A stretch of 19,866 nt of DNA from Deltaproteobacteria bacterium CG11_big_fil_rev_8_21_14_0_20_42_23 (lineage in GTDB: Bacteria; UBA10199; 2-02-FULL-44-16), in contig PCXC01000067.1 of assembly GCA_002796345.1 (NCBI GenBank), forward strand, positions 1-19,866. Reading direction: 5' to 3'. A model generated the notes under the pieces. It worked only from the letters and a program-made list of their open reading frames with translations. It did no database searches and was not told the DNA's origin. This document shows, piece by piece, positions 1 through 7,736 of the stretch; position 1 is the first letter of the stretch, and every line of letters starts with the position of its first letter. The position numbers and the translations under genes are program-made.

Positions 1-83
1 GCCCTTTTTTCAACAACACCAAACCGTAAACCACTCTCATTACTCACTTCGATGTGCTCATGGAGGGTTTTTCAGGGGGGACT
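1..83. repeat. Left terminal inverted repeat. Perfect 83-bp reverse complement of 19780-19862.
   Basis: Seen directly: positions 1-83 equal the reverse complement of 19780-19862 with zero mismatches. The repeat boundary (83/84) is the point where the epimerase reading frame stops being native. Confidence 0.9.
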
Positions 84-404
84 AAGTACTTTTGGTTTTT
101 CTTGTAATTGTGAAAGTGTTTCACAAAGAAAGCTTGTGCCTTCAACTCGGCTGGCCTTAATTTCATCTTTATATTTTTTCGTCCACGGTTTGCCAAAAAC
201 ACTTGCTCCAGCTAGATGAATCACCGCATCAAAGCCTTCTAGTTCTGAAGGATTTATCCTTTTGTGCTGAGGATCCCAAAAAATATCAGAAGTTTTTTCT
301 TTTTTTCTGCTTAATGTGAAAATTTCATAGCCTTTTTCTTCAAAAAATTCTGTTAAGGCTGAACCAATAAATCCCTTTCCTCCCGTGATAAGAATCCGTT
401 TCAT
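72..404 (-). CDS. NAD-dependent epimerase/dehydratase, TIGR01777/YfcH-like (DUF1731 family). Only the N-terminal ~105 aa are present; the gene is cut off at the repeat boundary.
   Basis: N-terminal Rossmann motif MKRILITGGKGFIGSAL and the block HLAG...KPW..K are typical of YfcH-type epimerases, which are about 300 aa. The ORF ends ...KPKVLSPP*, and the last residues plus the stop come from the 83-bp repeat. RBS GGAGGTG lies upstream of ATG 404. Confidence 0.6.
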   Translation of the reverse strand: MKRILITGGKGFIGSALTEFFEEKGYEIFTLSRKKEKTSDIFWDPQHKRINPSELEGFDAVIHLAGASVFGKPWTKKYKDEIKASRVEGTSFLCETLSQLQEKPKVLSPP

Positions 405-416
405 CTTTCACCTCCC

Positions 417-450
417 CAATAAAAAAGCCACGGCAGCTATACCATGGCTT
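417..450 (-). terminator. Rho-independent terminator downstream of the minus-strand OMP gene.
   Basis: Hairpin agccacgg/ccatggct (8 bp, one mismatch, loop cagctata) followed on the minus strand by CTTTTTTATT. It lies between the OMP stop (511) and the epimerase start (404). Confidence 0.5.
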
Positions 451-510
451 TCAAAAAATGGAAGTGCTCCCTTTTTTTAACCTTAAAAACTGAAAATTCG
501 TTTTGATTGT

Positions 511-808
511 TTAAAAAATCCAAGAAAAACCAAGTTTTCCACCTGGTTTCACCCCTTTATTAGATCCACGTACGAAAAAATAGATTTCAGGTTCTACTGT
601 AAGCGCAAATCGTTTTTTGAACCGATGTTGAAAGCCAAAGGTAGCAGTAATAACATTATTCGATCCGCTGGTAGTAGTATTTCCATTAACATTTTCTTGT
701 CCAATAGCATAAATACTTCCAATTTTTGCATAAAGTCCTGTGTTTTTGTCTTTCCCAACACGTTGCTCATACCCAAAGCTATATTTAAGAGAAAATATTT
801 TGTACTTA
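511..808 (-). pseudogene. Outer-membrane beta-barrel protein gene, C-terminal portion. Separated from its 5' part by an IS insertion.
   Basis: Translation ...KYKIFSLKYSFGYEQRVGKDK...GGKLGFSWIF ends in aromatic residues with a terminal Phe, typical of OMP beta-barrels. Removing 809-1652 joins this in frame to 1653-2065, giving ...GQPDQHTTT-KYKIFSLKY... and a product of about 236 aa. Confidence 0.7.
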
Positions 809-1650
809 GGGCGTGTCCTCATTAGGAGATAAGTAGTTGAAGTAGTTGATGTTTCATGGTATTTCCCTTTTTCTTGGGGAGGGAGATCATGGCACGAACG
901 TATTTGACGGATGAAGTATGGCAGCAGCTGCAGGTGACGCTTCGGAAGAAGGGATGTCGTCAGTGGAAGAACAGTCGGTAGGTTATGGAGGCGATGGTGT
1001 GGAAACTGCGTACCGGAGCCCCTTGGCGGGATATTCCACCAGAACTTTGTCCCTGGAAAACGGCCTACAATCGCTTCAACCGTTGGGCGGCCAAGGGGTT
1101 ATGGGAGGATTTTTTTTTGCGCTACGAGGCGAAGTTGATACGGAATGGGTATTCCCCGACGGAACTTACATCCGCGCTCACCAGCATGCGAGTGGAGCTC
1201 GGCATGGAGAAGAGCGTGCAATCGGGATATCCCGGGGAGGGCCTACCACAAAGCTTCATATGGCCGCCGATGCGCATGGAAATCCGATCGATTTTGAAAT
1301 CACTGGGGGTGAAGTCCGCGACGCCAAAGTTGCTGACGCGCTCATCGAAAAAATAGGAAAGGCAGAACATATAATCGCGGACAAAGGCTATGATTCAGAA
1401 GCCATTCGGGAGACCGCGAGACAAGCGGGAATGATTCCGGTGATTCCTCGGAGATCAAACAGTGATAAGCCGAACCCGGAGTTTGATGCGTATCTCTACA
1501 AATTGTGCCATCTGGTGGAAAATTTGTTTGCTCGGCTCAAACACTTTCGCAGCATTGCAACGCGCTTTGAGAAGCTGGCCCGAAACTTTAAAGCCATCAT
1601 CTATCTGGCATGCTCACTTATCTGGATCTAACTCTTATGAGGACACGCCC
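809..1650 (+). mobile_element. IS5-family insertion sequence (IS427/IS1031 group), 842 bp. Imperfect terminal inverted repeats and a 2-bp TA target-site duplication.
   Basis: Left IR GGGCGTGTCCTCATTAGGAG (809-828) matches the reverse complement of the right IR CTCTTATGAGGACACGCCC (1632-1650) at 14/14 positions outward. TA at 807-808 and 1651-1652 flanks the element. Internal ORFs encode an IS5/DDE transposase. Local GC (~55%) is well above the ~40% background. Confidence 0.85.
889..1631 (+). pseudogene. IS5-family DDE transposase (orfA/orfB). In-frame TAG at 979-981; orfB needs a -1 shift at a T9 run (1107-1115).
   Basis: Frame 1 gives MARTYLTDEVWQQL...KNSR*VMEAMVWKLRTGAPWRDIP..., the conserved N-terminus of IS427-like OrfA. 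Frame 3 continues ...FPDGTYIRAHQHASG...ADKGYDSEAIR...HLVENLFARLKHFRSIATRFEKLARNF..., the DDE core. The TAG interrupts orfA 30 codons in. Confidence 0.7.
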
Positions 1651-2065
1651 TAGTAGTCGTATGCTGATCTGGCTGGCCAAAAGCTCTACGAAGTGGGTTT
1701 ACAACACCATCTAAAAACCCACTCAGATCAAGGTAGCTAAAAGCAGGGGTTACTTCTATCCCCATATTGTGGGTAGCATCTTCGGAACGAAAGAAATTAT
1801 ACTTTATCGGAAGAGCAACACTGTAAAGTTGATCAACATAAATTCCTTCTAAACCAATTTGAACCTTATCACTTATTCCATAATCAAAGCGTAAACTATA
1901 GAGTAATGGAGCTGGAAGTTCTAGACCTAGGTTAAAGCTGACAGCGACATCATTTTTATCAAGCACTCTCACTCCATTTACCAAACTATTTTGGCCAGCA
2001 AAACCTGTGTTGCCCATGAAGAGCAAAATAAAACTAAAAAGAAGACATCGTGTACTTTTTTTCAT
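1651..2065 (-). pseudogene. Outer-membrane beta-barrel protein gene, N-terminal portion with signal peptide. Interrupted by the IS.
   Basis: MKKSTRCLLFSFILLFMGNTGFAGQ is a signal peptide, and the downstream sequence alternates in an amphipathic beta pattern. The ORF runs into IS-derived sequence (...TTT|RACPHKS*). Confidence 0.7.
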
Positions 2066-2107
2066 ATTTTTTTCCTTTTTTAAGATTCTCCCCCCTTTTT
2101 TGTTCTT

Positions 2108-2759
2108 TATCCTTTCACTTCAGGCAAATCCCACAATTTTTTTCCAATTTTCTTAGCCACACCTTTTTCTGTCGATTTTAATAAAAACTTATCATCGCTC
2201 ATAAATGGATGAAATTTTTTCGCGTACTTCAAACCATCACTCGTGAACTTATCCAAAGAAGTAAGATCAACTTTCCATTTACCTTCTTCGTTAACAAAAC
2301 GAAGTTCTGCTCCAAAGTCTTGATCTTTGAAAAGAAGCGTTGCAGATGCTGAATTTCAATGGCTTCTTTTTCAAGCCATCCTTCGTTCACGGTGCGGATG
2401 AAGATTTCTTTACCCGAAGCTGTTTTTAAAACTTCAGCAGGAATACGGTGACGGAAAATTAAAATTTGCACTTGGTTTGCAAGTGACTCTTGTTTGATTT
2501 CCTCTTTTTTTCCGCGTAGGGCCAATTTTACATTTTTTGAATAACTTGCGATGCTTTCTTCGCTTAAAAATGAGGCCGCTTCTTCTCCCTTTTTTTGAAT
2601 AATGGCTGCGTTGTACTGCATAAATGCTTGGTTCACTTCTTCCACTCCATTTCCTTGAGCCAACAGTGGCGGTGCAATCACGTTGCTAAAAACTGACAAC
2701 ACATACAAAAGCGTCTTTATCCTTTTCATTTCATCTCCTTTTTTCCCATTTTTGTTCAT
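2108..2759 (-). pseudogene. Secreted hypothetical protein (~217 aa if repaired). Frameshift near 2340-2350.
   Basis: The annotated ORF 2229-2759 has a signal peptide (MKRIKTLLYVLSVFSNVIAPPLLAQG). A second frame stays open without stops from about 2345 to a TAA at 2108-2110 and reads ...KDQDFGAELRFVNEEGKWKVDLTSLDKFTSDGLKYAKKFHPFMSDDKFLLKSTEKGVAKKIGKKLWDLPEVKG. Confidence 0.55.
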
Positions 2760-2789
2760 GCCCTCATTTTAAGGGCAGAAGTACTTTTC

Positions 2790-2818
2790 TTCAAAAGAGG
2801 ATGACATTTTGTTACAAT
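2790..2818 (+). promoter_or_regulatory. Candidate sigma70 promoter for the HTH-ABC1 kinase gene.
   Basis: -35 TTCAAA (2790-2795), a 17-bp spacer, and an extended -10 TGtTACAAT (2810-2818). The ATG at 2862 gives a ~37-nt leader. Confidence 0.3.
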
Positions 2819-2861
2819 GTCGACATACTCCATTTTTAGCCAGTAATTTCAGGGGTTTAGA

Positions 2862-4325
2862 ATGAAAGCAGATCAGCGACTTCGCAGAATCAGATCCACC
2901 TTGGGTTTAAGCCAAGAACAAATGGCAAAAGAACTTCGGGTCACAAGAGCTGCGCTCACCCTTTGGGAAACGCGAAAACGTGCCATGCCAGGACCAGTGC
3001 TTTTAATCTTGGAATTGTATGAGCGCGAGCTTGGCTTCAACGAAACTTTGCCAGCACTTTGTATCCAAGAAAAAATCAATGTGGGAAAAATGCGCCATCT
3101 TGATTTAGCAAAGATGACGTTTCAAACTGCTCTTGCCTCGTTAAAGGAAGAAATCTCGAAGCTTTTTTCACATCAACACAAGAGAAGCGTTGAAAACAGA
3201 ATTCATGAAGCCTTAGTTTTAAATTTAATAGATCAGCTGGGAAAATTGAAAGGTTTGCCGATGAAAGTAGGGCAAATGATGAGTTTTTTCGATTTCGATC
3301 TCAGTGAAGAGGAAAGGTTTTACTTCTCTACTTTACAACAGCAGTCACCTTCTTTGCCCGAGCGAAATATTATTGAAATCATTGTGGAAGAATTTGGGGA
3401 AACTCCTCGCCAGCTTTTCAAAACCTGGGAAGCATTACCCTTCTCTGCAGCAAGTATTGGGCAGGTGCATAAAGCCGTTCTGGAAAATGGAAAAACGGTT
3501 GCGGTCAAAGTTCAATATCCTGGTATTCGAAATTCACTGGAGAAAGATTTACTTTACGCCAAAGGAATTGATAAAATCCTCACTCATATTTTTAAAGGCC
3601 AAGAGCCTGGCGTATGGATTGAAGAAATTAAAGCACGATTTTTGGAAGAGTGTGATTATGTAAATGAAGCAAAAAATCAGGAGTTTTTCAAAAATTTCTT
3701 CGAAAACGACAAAAACATTTCAATTCCATCAATAATAAAAGAACATTCCGGCAGAAAAGTACTTACCAGTGAATATGTAGAGGGAAAAAATTTTGCTTCG
3801 TTTTGTTCTCACGCAAGTGAACTTGAAAAAGAATGGGCTGCTCAAACCATCTTTCGCTTTTTCACTGAGCCTTTTCTGCAGTCGGGTTGCCTTCATGTTG
3901 ATCCGCATCCGGGCAACTTCCTTTTCAGTTCAGAAAAAATTCACTTTTTAGACTTTGGCTGTGTGAAAAAAGTTTCTGTTTCATTTTTAGAGCACTTTAA
4001 AAACATGCTTCACAGTTTAAAGACCAACGACAAAATCTTGTTTAAACAAAGCTGTTTGGGGATACAGATGACAAAGCAGCCTGAAGTCTTCAACTTCGAT
4101 TGGCAATTTGGTTTTATGAAGGAGTGGTTATTGCCGTGGTACCATGAAAAACCCGTTCACCTCAGCCCTAAAAAGTATAAAGCGCTTTGGCAAAAGGCAA
4201 CTCTTCAGAATCCAAACGTAAAAAACCTTAACTTTTCATCAGAGCTTATCTTTTTAAACCACACCATTTGGGCTATTTACGCCCTATTTTCTCATTTGAG
4301 GGTGGAGCTTACCGACATTCCTTGA
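2862..4325 (+). CDS. Fusion of an N-terminal HTH_XRE DNA-binding domain with an ABC1/UbiB/ADCK-family atypical kinase domain.
   Basis: N-terminus LRRIRSTLGLSQEQMAKELRVTRAALTLWETRKRAMPGP is a classic XRE HTH. ABC1 signatures follow: KxGQ (MKVGQMMS), AASIGQVHKA...VAVKVQYPG, the catalytic HVDPHPGNF and LDFG. No C-terminal transmembrane segment. Confidence 0.85.
   Translation: MKADQRLRRIRSTLGLSQEQMAKELRVTRAALTLWETRKRAMPGPVLLILELYERELGFNETLPALCIQEKINVGKMRHLDLAKMTFQTALASLKEEISKLFSHQHKRSVENRIHEALVLNLIDQLGKLKGLPMKVGQMMSFFDFDLSEEERFYFSTLQQQSPSLPERNIIEIIVEEFGETPRQLFKTWEALPFSAASIGQVHKAVLENGKTVAVKVQYPGIRNSLEKDLLYAKGIDKILTHIFKGQEPGVWIEEIKARFLEECDYVNEAKNQEFFKNFFENDKNISIPSIIKEHSGRKVLTSEYVEGKNFASFCSHASELEKEWAAQTIFRFFTEPFLQSGCLHVDPHPGNFLFSSEKIHFLDFGCVKKVSVSFLEHFKNMLHSLKTNDKILFKQSCLGIQMTKQPEVFNFDWQFGFMKEWLLPWYHEKPVHLSPKKYKALWQKATLQNPNVKNLNFSSELIFLNHTIWAIYALFSHLRVELTDIP
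4249..4312. repeat. Direct repeat copy 1 (3' end of the kinase CDS). Pairs with 4738-4810.
   Basis: CACACCATTTGGGCTATTTACGCCCTATTTTCTCATTTGAGGGTGGAGCT (4260-4309) matches 4751-4798 with 3 mismatches in 48 nt, plus weaker flanking similarity. Confidence 0.85.
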
Positions 4326-4581
4326 TGAACCCGGCAAGTTCTTCAGCTTCCATCTTTTTATTCGCTTCCGAAAAACCAGAGGGGTATTTAGGCTTTACTT
4401 TTTCATCTCGGACACAGGCACATATTGAGCTTGCACCTTTTGAAGCGGTTTCAAGATTGGCCGTTCTGACAAAGTCGATGCACATTGAAGCAAAATCTAC
4501 ATTATCATCGGCGTTCCATCCGCCCGAACAACCCACAGATATTCCTAACAAAGCGACTATCAGAATTTTTTTCATCCGCAT
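4309..4581 (-). CDS. Small lipoprotein (90 aa, 4 Cys in mature part). Function unknown.
   Basis: Start MRMKKILIVALLGISVGCSGG fits a lipoprotein signal with lipobox Cys. RBS AAGGAG sits 7 nt upstream of ATG 4581. Convergent with the kinase and overlaps its 3' end by 17 nt. The annotated longer start (4653) has no RBS and was not used. Confidence 0.6.
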   Translation of the reverse strand: MRMKKILIVALLGISVGCSGGWNADDNVDFASMCIDFVRTANLETASKGASSICACVRDEKVKPKYPSGFSEANKKMEAEELAGFIKECR

Positions 4582-4594
4582 GGCATTACTCCTT

Positions 4595-4667
4595 TTGAAT
4601 AAATAAGGTGCCGTTTTTTTACAGAACCTATTTTGTTTCGCGGACATTCTCATATTTATTTATTCAA
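4595..4667. promoter_or_regulatory. Perfect 12-bp inverted repeat in the lipoprotein 5' region: TTGAATAAATAA, 49 nt, TTATTTATTCAA.
   Basis: Arms at 4595-4606 and 4656-4667 are exact reverse complements. The proximal arm directly abuts the RBS of the minus-strand lipoprotein gene. Confidence 0.4.
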
Positions 4668-4737
4668 GTAAATTTAAAATTTCTTGTAAAAGAGAACGAT
4701 GTTTAAGAACCGAATCACTTCACTTTTCCTCCGACCT

Positions 4738-4810
4738 CATTTTCTTAAAGCACACCATTTTGGCTATTTAAGCTCTATTTTCTCATTTGAGGGTGGAGGT
4801 GGAGCTTGTT
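4738..4810. repeat. Direct repeat copy 2, non-coding. Carries an extra 6-bp GTGGAG duplication.
   Basis: See copy 1. A G-to-T substitution at 4761 puts a stop in the kinase-equivalent frame, so this copy cannot encode the kinase C-terminus. Confidence 0.85.
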
Positions 4811-4955
4811 GCTACGTAAATAAAAACTGCGCTCTTCTCAAGATCTCTATATTTCTTAGCTTTTTCACCTCTAAAAAAATTACTTTTAAACTTGACTCAA
4901 AAGGTCTGATTAGCTAGACAGGCGCCGCAGATGCACTAGATAAAGGATTGCGCCG

Positions 4956-5432
4956 ATGCGGTATACTACAAAAACTGAATATGGGCTTATTTGCTTGGTA
5001 AACATGGTGAAATGCGGTGAAAAAGAGCGTTTTACCATCAAAGATTTGGCCGAACGGGAAAATTACCCTTATGCTTACGTGGAAAAAATTTTCCAAAGCC
5101 TTCGTTCTGCTGGCATTGTTACCTCATTTCAGGGCAAACAAGGTGGCTATGCCCTTTCTAAACCAGCAGCCGAAATTTGCTTAAAAGAAATCATCGAAGC
5201 GCTCGAAGGCCAAACCTTCGATGTCATTTGCGAGCAAAAAAGCGCTCATGAACATATTTGCAACCACTCGGGCCATTGCGCCTTAAATCCAATTTGGAAA
5301 CAAACCAAAGACTTGTTGGATAATTACTTCGCATCCCTCAGCTTGAATGATGTGGCAAAGCACCAAAATGCACTCAACCTCACTGCGGCAACATTTCCAA
5401 TGCAAACAAATGAAGCCATGAAGGAGTTTTAA
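4956..5432 (+). CDS. Rrf2-family transcriptional regulator (IscR/SufR-like) with a probable Fe-S-binding Cys cluster.
   Basis: [17 protein letters not shown]... is a typical Rrf2 N-terminal winged helix. The motif C-x9-C-x5-C ([18 protein letters not shown]) fits an Fe-S regulator. It sits directly upstream of sufB with only 2 nt between the genes. Confidence 0.85.
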   Translation: MRYTTKTEYGLICLVNMVKCGEKERFTIKDLAERENYPYAYVEKIFQSLRSAGIVTSFQGKQGGYALSKPAAEICLKEIIEALEGQTFDVICEQKSAHEHICNHSGHCALNPIWKQTKDLLDNYFASLSLNDVAKHQNALNLTAATFPMQTNEAMKEF

Positions 5433-5434
5433 AG

Positions 5435-6874
5435 ATGACCACGGCAATAGAACAATTTACCAAACGGGAATATAAGTTTGGCTTTCAAAGTGATATCGAA
5501 TCTGACACGTTTCCAAAAGGTTTAAGCGAAGACGTCGTTCGTAAACTTTCCGAAAAGAAAAACGAACCAGCTTTCATGTTGGAGTTTCGTTTGAAAGCCT
5601 TTCGCCATTGGCTGACACTCACAGAACCGCACTGGTCTGAAGCGCCATATCCAAAAGTGAACTATCAAGACATCAGCTATTATTCGGCGCCAAAAGAAAA
5701 ACCAAAATTGAACAGTATGGATGAAGTTGATCCCGAGTTGCGCAAAACCTTTGAAAAGTTGGGCGTTCCTCTCATGGAACAAAAACGTCTTAGCGGCGTT
5801 GCGGTGGATGCTATTTTCGATTCCGTTTCAGTTGCTACCACCTACAAGAAAAAACTTCGTGAGCACGGCATTATTTTCTGTTCGTTTTCTGAAGCCCTTC
5901 AAGATTGTCCGGAACTTATTGAAAAATGGTTAGGAACGGTTGTTCCTTACACTGATAATTTTTACGCAGCTTTAAATGCAGCCGTTTTTTCTGACGGATC
6001 ATTTGTGTATATTCCAAAAAATACAAAGTGCCCGATGGATCTTTCCACTTACTTCCGCATCAATACACAAGGCACTGGTCAATTTGAGCGCACCTTAATT
6101 GTGGCCGAAGAAGGCAGCCAAGTGTCTTACCTGGAAGGCTGCACTGCGCCTCAATTTGACACCAATCAACTTCACGCCGCGGTAGTGGAATTGGTTGCTC
6201 TTGATAACGCCGACATCAAATATTCAACCGTGCAAAACTGGTATGCCGGCGATCCCAAAACCGGAAAAGGTGGCATTTATAATTTTGTAACCAAGCGCGG
6301 TCACTGCCTTGGAAAAAATTCGAAAATTTCTTGGACGCAAGTAGAGACAGGTTCCGCCATTACGTGGAAATATCCAAGCTGTGTTCTTATTGGTGATAAT
6401 TCTGCTGGTGAATTTTATTCCGTAGCGCTCACCAACAACCTTCAGCAAGCCGACACCGGAACTAAAATGATTCACATTGGAAAAAACACAAAATCTACCA
6501 TCGTGGCAAAAGGTATTTCGGCTGGGCTTTCGAACAACAACTACAGAGGCTTGGTTGAAATTCGCAGAAGTGCTACCAATGCTAGAAATTTTACACAGTG
6601 CGATTCAATGCTTGTTGGTGATAAGTGCAACGCAAACACTTTTCCTTATATTGATGTGCAAAATAAAACTGCACAAATTGAACATGAAGCATCCACTTCA
6701 AAAATGAGTGATGATCAACTGTTCTATTTTAGAAGTCGTGGCATTGGCACAGAAGATGCCATGAGCAGCATTATCAACGGTTTCTGCAAAGACGTATTTC
6801 GCGAACTTCCAACAGAATTTGCAATTGAAGCACAACAATTATTGGGAATTAAATTAGAGAATAGTGTTGGGTAA
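5435..6874 (+). CDS. sufB: Fe-S cluster assembly protein SufB.
   Basis: 479 aa. The ORF is full length with no internal stops. RBS AAGGAG is upstream of the ATG. Position and order match a suf operon. Confidence 0.95.
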   Translation: MTTAIEQFTKREYKFGFQSDIESDTFPKGLSEDVVRKLSEKKNEPAFMLEFRLKAFRHWLTLTEPHWSEAPYPKVNYQDISYYSAPKEKPKLNSMDEVDPELRKTFEKLGVPLMEQKRLSGVAVDAIFDSVSVATTYKKKLREHGIIFCSFSEALQDCPELIEKWLGTVVPYTDNFYAALNAAVFSDGSFVYIPKNTKCPMDLSTYFRINTQGTGQFERTLIVAEEGSQVSYLEGCTAPQFDTNQLHAAVVELVALDNADIKYSTVQNWYAGDPKTGKGGIYNFVTKRGHCLGKNSKISWTQVETGSAITWKYPSCVLIGDNSAGEFYSVALTNNLQQADTGTKMIHIGKNTKSTIVAKGISAGLSNNNYRGLVEIRRSATNARNFTQCDSMLVGDKCNANTFPYIDVQNKTAQIEHEASTSKMSDDQLFYFRSRGIGTEDAMSSIINGFCKDVFRELPTEFAIEAQQLLGIKLENSVG

Positions 6875-6902
6875 TATCTGACAAAAAAAGGAACAAAATA
6901 AG

Positions 6903-6943
6903 CAGAGGAGATTGCCACGTCGCTTTCGCTCCTCGCAATGACA
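6903..6943 (+). repeat. Structured intergenic motif, copy 1: cAGAGGAG-ATTGC-cacgtcgctttcg-CTCCTC-GCAAT-GACA.
   Basis: Seen directly. The related copy at 11509-11548 has ATCAC...GTGAT in place of ATTGC...GCAAT, a compensatory double change. It lies in an unusually long 88-bp sufB-sufC spacer. Confidence 0.7.
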
Positions 6944-6962
6944 AAAGAGAAAAGGAAAAACA

Positions 6963-7721
6963 ATGTTAACGATTAAAAACTTACACGCACAAATTGAAGA
7001 AAACGAAATTCTGAAGGGCTTAAACCTTGAAGTAAAGCCTGGCGAAGTCCATGCCATCATGGGTCCAAACGGATCTGGCAAAAGCACTTTAGCAAAAGTA
7101 CTTGCCGGCGATGCATCTTACGAAGTTACTGAAGGTTCAGTTCTGTTCGATGGGAAAGATCTTCTCGAACTTGAACCAGAAGAGCGCGCACTTGAAGGTT
7201 TCTTCATGGCGTTTCAGTATCCAGTTGAAATTCCAGGAGTAAACAACGCAAGTTTTCTGCGCATGGCTTACAACGCAAAACGAAAACACCAAGGTAAACC
7301 AGAACTTGATGTTTTAGACTTTGAAGAATTGCTCACAGAAAAAATTAATATGCTCAGCATCAATCCTGCATTTGCCGAGCGCAATGTAAATCACGGTTTT
7401 TCTGGCGGTGAAAAAAAGCGGAACGAAATTTTGCAAATGGCAGTGCTCGATCCCAAAATTGCCATCCTCGATGAGACTGATTCTGGTCTCGATATCGATG
7501 CTCTTCGCATTGTCTCTGAAGGTGTTAACAAACTGAAACGCGAAGATAATGCCGTTATTCTTATTACGCATTATCAACGATTGTTGAACTACATCGTTCC
7601 AGACGTTGTTCACATTATGACAAATGGAAAAATTATTAAATCAGGTGACAAAACTCTTGCTTATGAACTTGAAGAAACTGGTTACGAAAATTTTATTACA
7701 GAAGCAACTGCAACTGTATAG
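6963..7721 (+). CDS. sufC: Fe-S cluster assembly ATPase SufC.
   Basis: Walker [10 protein letters not shown], the ABC signature FSGGEKKR, and D-loop [10 protein letters not shown]. 252 aa. Confidence 0.95.
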   Translation: MLTIKNLHAQIEENEILKGLNLEVKPGEVHAIMGPNGSGKSTLAKVLAGDASYEVTEGSVLFDGKDLLELEPEERALEGFFMAFQYPVEIPGVNNASFLRMAYNAKRKHQGKPELDVLDFEELLTEKINMLSINPAFAERNVNHGFSGGEKKRNEILQMAVLDPKIAILDETDSGLDIDALRIVSEGVNKLKREDNAVILITHYQRLLNYIVPDVVHIMTNGKIIKSGDKTLAYELEETGYENFITEATATV

Positions 7722-7736
7722 CTTAAAGGAATCGTC

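Noticed and set aside
594-825. ORFs 594-776 (-) and 625-825 (+) inside the OMP 3' fragment
   Set aside because: They overlap a better-supported frame and are low-complexity. One runs into the IS terminal repeat.
1107-1115. T9 run in the IS as a programmed -1 frameshift site
   Set aside because: It is plausible for IS427-type elements, but orfA already has an in-frame TAG at 979. A functional transposase cannot be claimed either way from sequence alone.
3304-3663. 119-aa plus-strand ORF in an alternative frame of the kinase gene
   Set aside because: It lies inside the ABC1 kinase CDS in a different frame and has no motifs.
4582-4653. Longer lipoprotein start at 4653 (MRMSAKQNRFCKK...)
   Set aside because: It has no RBS, and it would place charged residues ahead of the signal peptide. 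ATG 4581 has a canonical AAGGAG 7 nt upstream and begins directly with the signal peptide.
4268-4917. ORFs 4268-4606 (+) and 4699-4917 (+), both containing ...FSFEGG...
   Set aside because: Their shared peptide is a by-product of the 50-60-bp direct repeat being read in a non-native frame. Neither has an RBS, and the first lies antisense to the lipoprotein gene.
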